DNA of 64,000 nt from assembly GCA_039798885.1 (NCBI GenBank), contig JBDKFE010000090.1, forward strand, positions 723 through 64,722, read 5' to 3'. The position numbers and the translations under genes are program-made. Below the pieces are notes generated by a model. The model was not told where the DNA came from. It saw nothing but the letters and a program-made list of their open reading frames with translations, and did no database searches. The DNA comes from Pseudomonadota bacterium (GTDB lineage Bacteria; Pseudomonadota; Alphaproteobacteria; Rhodobacterales; Rhodobacteraceae). Positions 61,891 to 64,000 of the stretch are shown one piece after another. Position 1 is the first letter of the stretch; every line of letters begins with the position of its first letter.

Positions 61891-63226
61891 ATTCGCGCGG
61901 CAGCACCTCGGCCATGAAGGCCTCGAACTCTGCCCGCTTGATCGTGGCATAGGCCGCCGGATAGCGTGACCCCAGATAGTCGGCCATCAGCGCCGACCCT
62001 TCCAGCCTGTCCAGCGCCGTCCACAGCTTCAGGGGCATCTCCGGGTCCGCCTCTTCGCCCGCGTTGCCCGTCGATGGGGCCGAAGGCTGCATCCGCTGCG
62101 ACACCCCATGATGCACCCCCGCCAGCACCGCCGCCATGACGAGGTAGGGATTGGCCTCTGCCCCCGCGATCCGATGCTCGATCCGCCGCGCGGCGCCACC
62201 GCCTGCCGGAACCCGGAAACTGACCGAACGGTTGTTGAACCCCCAACTCGTGTTCACCGGCACGAACTGGTTGGGCGCGAAGCGGCGATAGGCATTCAGG
62301 TTCGGGGCAAAAAGGGCCATGGCGTCATAGGTCGTGGCCTGCAATCCCGCGATGGCATGGCCCAGCATCGCATCACCCCCCGGCAGACGCTCGTCAAAGA
62401 CGTTGCGCCCATTGGCATCGACAAGGCTCAGATGGATATGCAGCCCCGACCCAGACTGATCGGCAAAGGGCTTGGACATGAAAGTCGCCTCAAGCCCGTG
62501 CCGGTTGGCCACGCCCTTTACGATCCGCCGCAGCATCAGCGCATGATCCGCCGCCGCCACCGGATCGGGCAGATGGCCAAGATTCACCTCGAACTGCGCC
62601 CCGCCATATTCTGCCGTCGCCGCCCCCGCAGGCACCCCCTGCGCCTGACAGGCCGCGTCGATTTCCGCCAAGATCGCGCCCCATTCGTCCAGCTTGTCAA
62701 AGGCCAGCACCCGCGGCGCCTCGGACGCGCGCCCCCCGCGCACGGGCCGCGCGGGCGACACTCGCCCCCCCGCATCCCGCGCCGGATCGACCAGATAGAA
62801 TTCCAACTCGCAGGCCACCACTGGCACCACCCCCAGCGCCGCGAACCGCGCCACCACCCCTTGCAGGATCGTGCGCGGATCGAACCACCAGCCCGCCGCC
62901 CCCTCTGGCGGGGCAGGCGCGATCAGCACCTGCGCGGTCTCCGCAGCCCAAGGCACCGGCACCAGCGTCCCCGCAACGGGGTAAGAGGTCGCATCCGGGT
63001 CGCCGTCCGAAAACCCGATCCCCTCCACATCCCAGCAGGCACCCAGCGCATCCAGCGTCGTGATCCCCGCGCAGAAGGCCACGCCCGACGTCCAGACCTT
63101 CGCCGCATCCCGCACCGGGTAGCGTTTGCCGATGGCCGTCCCGCACAGGTCGAACATCACCGCATCCAGAAAGCGCGTCCCCGGATGGGCGGCGAGATAG
63201 GCGTCAAGCTCGGGTATGGCGGTCAT
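61874..63226 (-). CDS. Glutamine synthetase-family protein (gamma-glutamyl-amine synthetase, PuuA-like)
   Basis: 450 aa with the GS catalytic domain (…SKPFADQSGSGLHIHLSL…, …NNRSVSFRVP…). Confidence 0.85.
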   Translation of the reverse strand: MTAIPELDAYLAAHPGTRFLDAVMFDLCGTAIGKRYPVRDAAKVWTSGVAFCAGITTLDALGACWDVEGIGFSDGDPDATSYPVAGTLVPVPWAAETAQVLIAPAPPEGAAGWWFDPRTILQGVVARFAALGVVPVVACELEFYLVDPARDAGGRVSPARPVRGGRASEAPRVLAFDKLDEWGAILAEIDAACQAQGVPAGAATAEYGGAQFEVNLGHLPDPVAAADHALMLRRIVKGVANRHGLEATFMSKPFADQSGSGLHIHLSLVDANGRNVFDERLPGGDAMLGHAIAGLQATTYDAMALFAPNLNAYRRFAPNQFVPVNTSWGFNNRSVSFRVPAGGGAARRIEHRIAGAEANPYLVMAAVLAGVHHGVSQRMQPSAPSTGNAGEEADPEMPLKLWTALDRLEGSALMADYLGSRYPAAYATIKRAEFEAFMAEVLPREYDWYL

Positions 63227-63331
63227 GTGTCCCCCTGTGACTGGCCACCCAAGCCTAGCCCGCCTGCGCCCGCTGTCACCCCCCGAAACGACAAGCGGCG
63301 GTCGCCATCAGGCCACCGCCGCGAACAAATT

Positions 63332-63475
63332 TCTTCGAAGATTCTTGCCCAGCCCACCGCGCCACAGCGTGTCCTGACGCAGGAAACGCGACGGAATTTG
63401 ACACAAATTCCGTTGCCCGACCGTCATCCCCGAAATCTGCGTCAGATTTCGGCGCGAAGTCTGCGTCAGACTTCG
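63332..63475 (-). repeat. Array of AT-rich-stem palindromes (reverse orientation relative to 32507-32646)
   Basis: TCTTCGAAGA (63332-63341), GCGTGTCCTG-acg-CAGGAAACGC (63368-63390, one mismatch), CGGAATTTG-ACA-CAAATTCCG (63392-63412), CGAAATCTG-CGT-CAGATTTCG (63431-63451) and CGAAGTCTG-CGT-CAGACTTCG (63455-63475). Confidence 0.7.
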
Positions 63476-63488
63476 CCTGCGCGACGCC

Positions 63489-64000
63489 TTAGAAAAACGC
63501 CTGCACCCCGGTGATCGCCCGGCCAAGGATCAGCGCATGGATGTCATGCGTCCCTTCATAGGTGTTCACCGTTTCAAGGTTCACCATGTGCCGCATGATC
63601 TGGAAATCCTCTTGGATGCCGTTCCCGCCATGCATGTCGCGCGCCCAGCGCGCCGCCTCTAGCGCCTTGCCGCAATTGTTCCGCTTGATGATGGAAATCA
63701 TCTCGGGTGCGGCATTCGCCTCATCCATCAGCCGCCCGACGCGCAAGGACGCCTGAAGGCCCAGCGCAATCTCGGTCATCATGTTGGCCAGCTTCAACTG
63801 GTAAAGCTGCGTCCCGGCGATCGGCTTGCCGAACTGCTTGCGGTCAAGGCCATATTGCCGCGCCGCATGCATGCAGAACTCTGCCGCCCCCATCACCCCC
63901 CATGAAATGCCATAGCGCGCGCGGTTCAGGCAGCCGAAGGGTCCCTTCAGCCCCTCGACATTCGGAAGCAGCGCCTCTTCGCCCACTTCCACATCCTTCA
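63489..64000 (-). CDS. gcdH: Glutaryl-CoA dehydrogenase-like acyl-CoA dehydrogenase, C-terminal part (gene continues beyond the window)
   Basis: ...[16 protein letters not shown]...[25 protein letters not shown] The frame is open to position 64000. Confidence 0.8.
   Translation of the reverse strand, partial: KDVEVGEEALLPNVEGLKGPFGCLNRARYGISWGVMGAAEFCMHAARQYGLDRKQFGKPIAGTQLYQLKLANMMTEIALGLQASLRVGRLMDEANAAPEMISIIKRNNCGKALEAARWARDMHGGNGIQEDFQIMRHMVNLETVNTYEGTHDIHALILGRAITGVQAFF

Noticed and set aside
60789-61917. Pro/Arg-rich + strand ORFs (179 aa and 364 aa), and the 260-aa Gly/Arg-rich minus-strand ORF 60830..61612.
   Set aside because: These are low-complexity alternative-frame translations of the amine oxidase gene, with no start-site support and no motifs.
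1-64000. Searched for defence islands, prophage, toxin-antitoxin, restriction-modification, retron/DGR, secretion-system or biosynthetic gene clusters.
   Set aside because: No integrase, phage structural, Cas, methyltransferase/endonuclease, reverse transcriptase, PKS/NRPS or small paired-ORF signatures were seen. Apart from the two IS remnants, the coding content is metabolic or housekeeping.

Overview
This is GC-rich chromosomal DNA that looks like a Rhodobacteraceae-type alphaproteobacterium. The indicators are a permuted two-piece tmRNA encoding the tag ANDNRAPVALAA, a trgA/trgB pair, a YhdH/AcuI reductase and a bolA / J-domain / cobS / cobT neighbourhood. No composition statistics were computed.

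About 60 protein genes can be supported, and most are ordinary metabolism or housekeeping:
- a 14-gene glycoside-utilisation module (GH43, GH2 beta-mannosidase, ABC importer, LacI and GntR regulators, two Gfo/Idh/MocA + TIM-barrel pairs)
- a photolyase-cfa-trgA-trgB string
- malate synthase G, cobS/cobT, purMN, RNase D, aminopeptidase P
- a hydroxyproline-catabolism islet next to tRNA-Met
- a glutamine-synthetase-like / flavin amine oxidase operon

The ORF track misses several RNA and regulatory features: tRNA-Ser(GGA), tRNA-Met(CAT), the two-piece tmRNA with a good promoter, several intrinsic terminators, LacI-type operators, an ECF sigma-E-type promoter in front of the photolyase, and a structured leader containing a B12-box-like motif.

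I saw no defence system, prophage, CRISPR array or toxin-antitoxin pair. The most unusual content is non-coding:
1. A modular intergenic repeat family (core GGG(A)TATTTGGG...ATGA plus swappable GC-rich hairpin modules), six copies, usually butted against stop codons.
2. Arrays of perfect AT-rich-stem palindromes.
3. Two ~80-nt imperfect direct repeats that exactly bracket the 14.7-kb glycoside module.
4. IS3/IS6 remnants marking a decayed island edge at tRNA-Ser.

All coordinates for non-coding elements were read by eye and are approximate to a few nucleotides.
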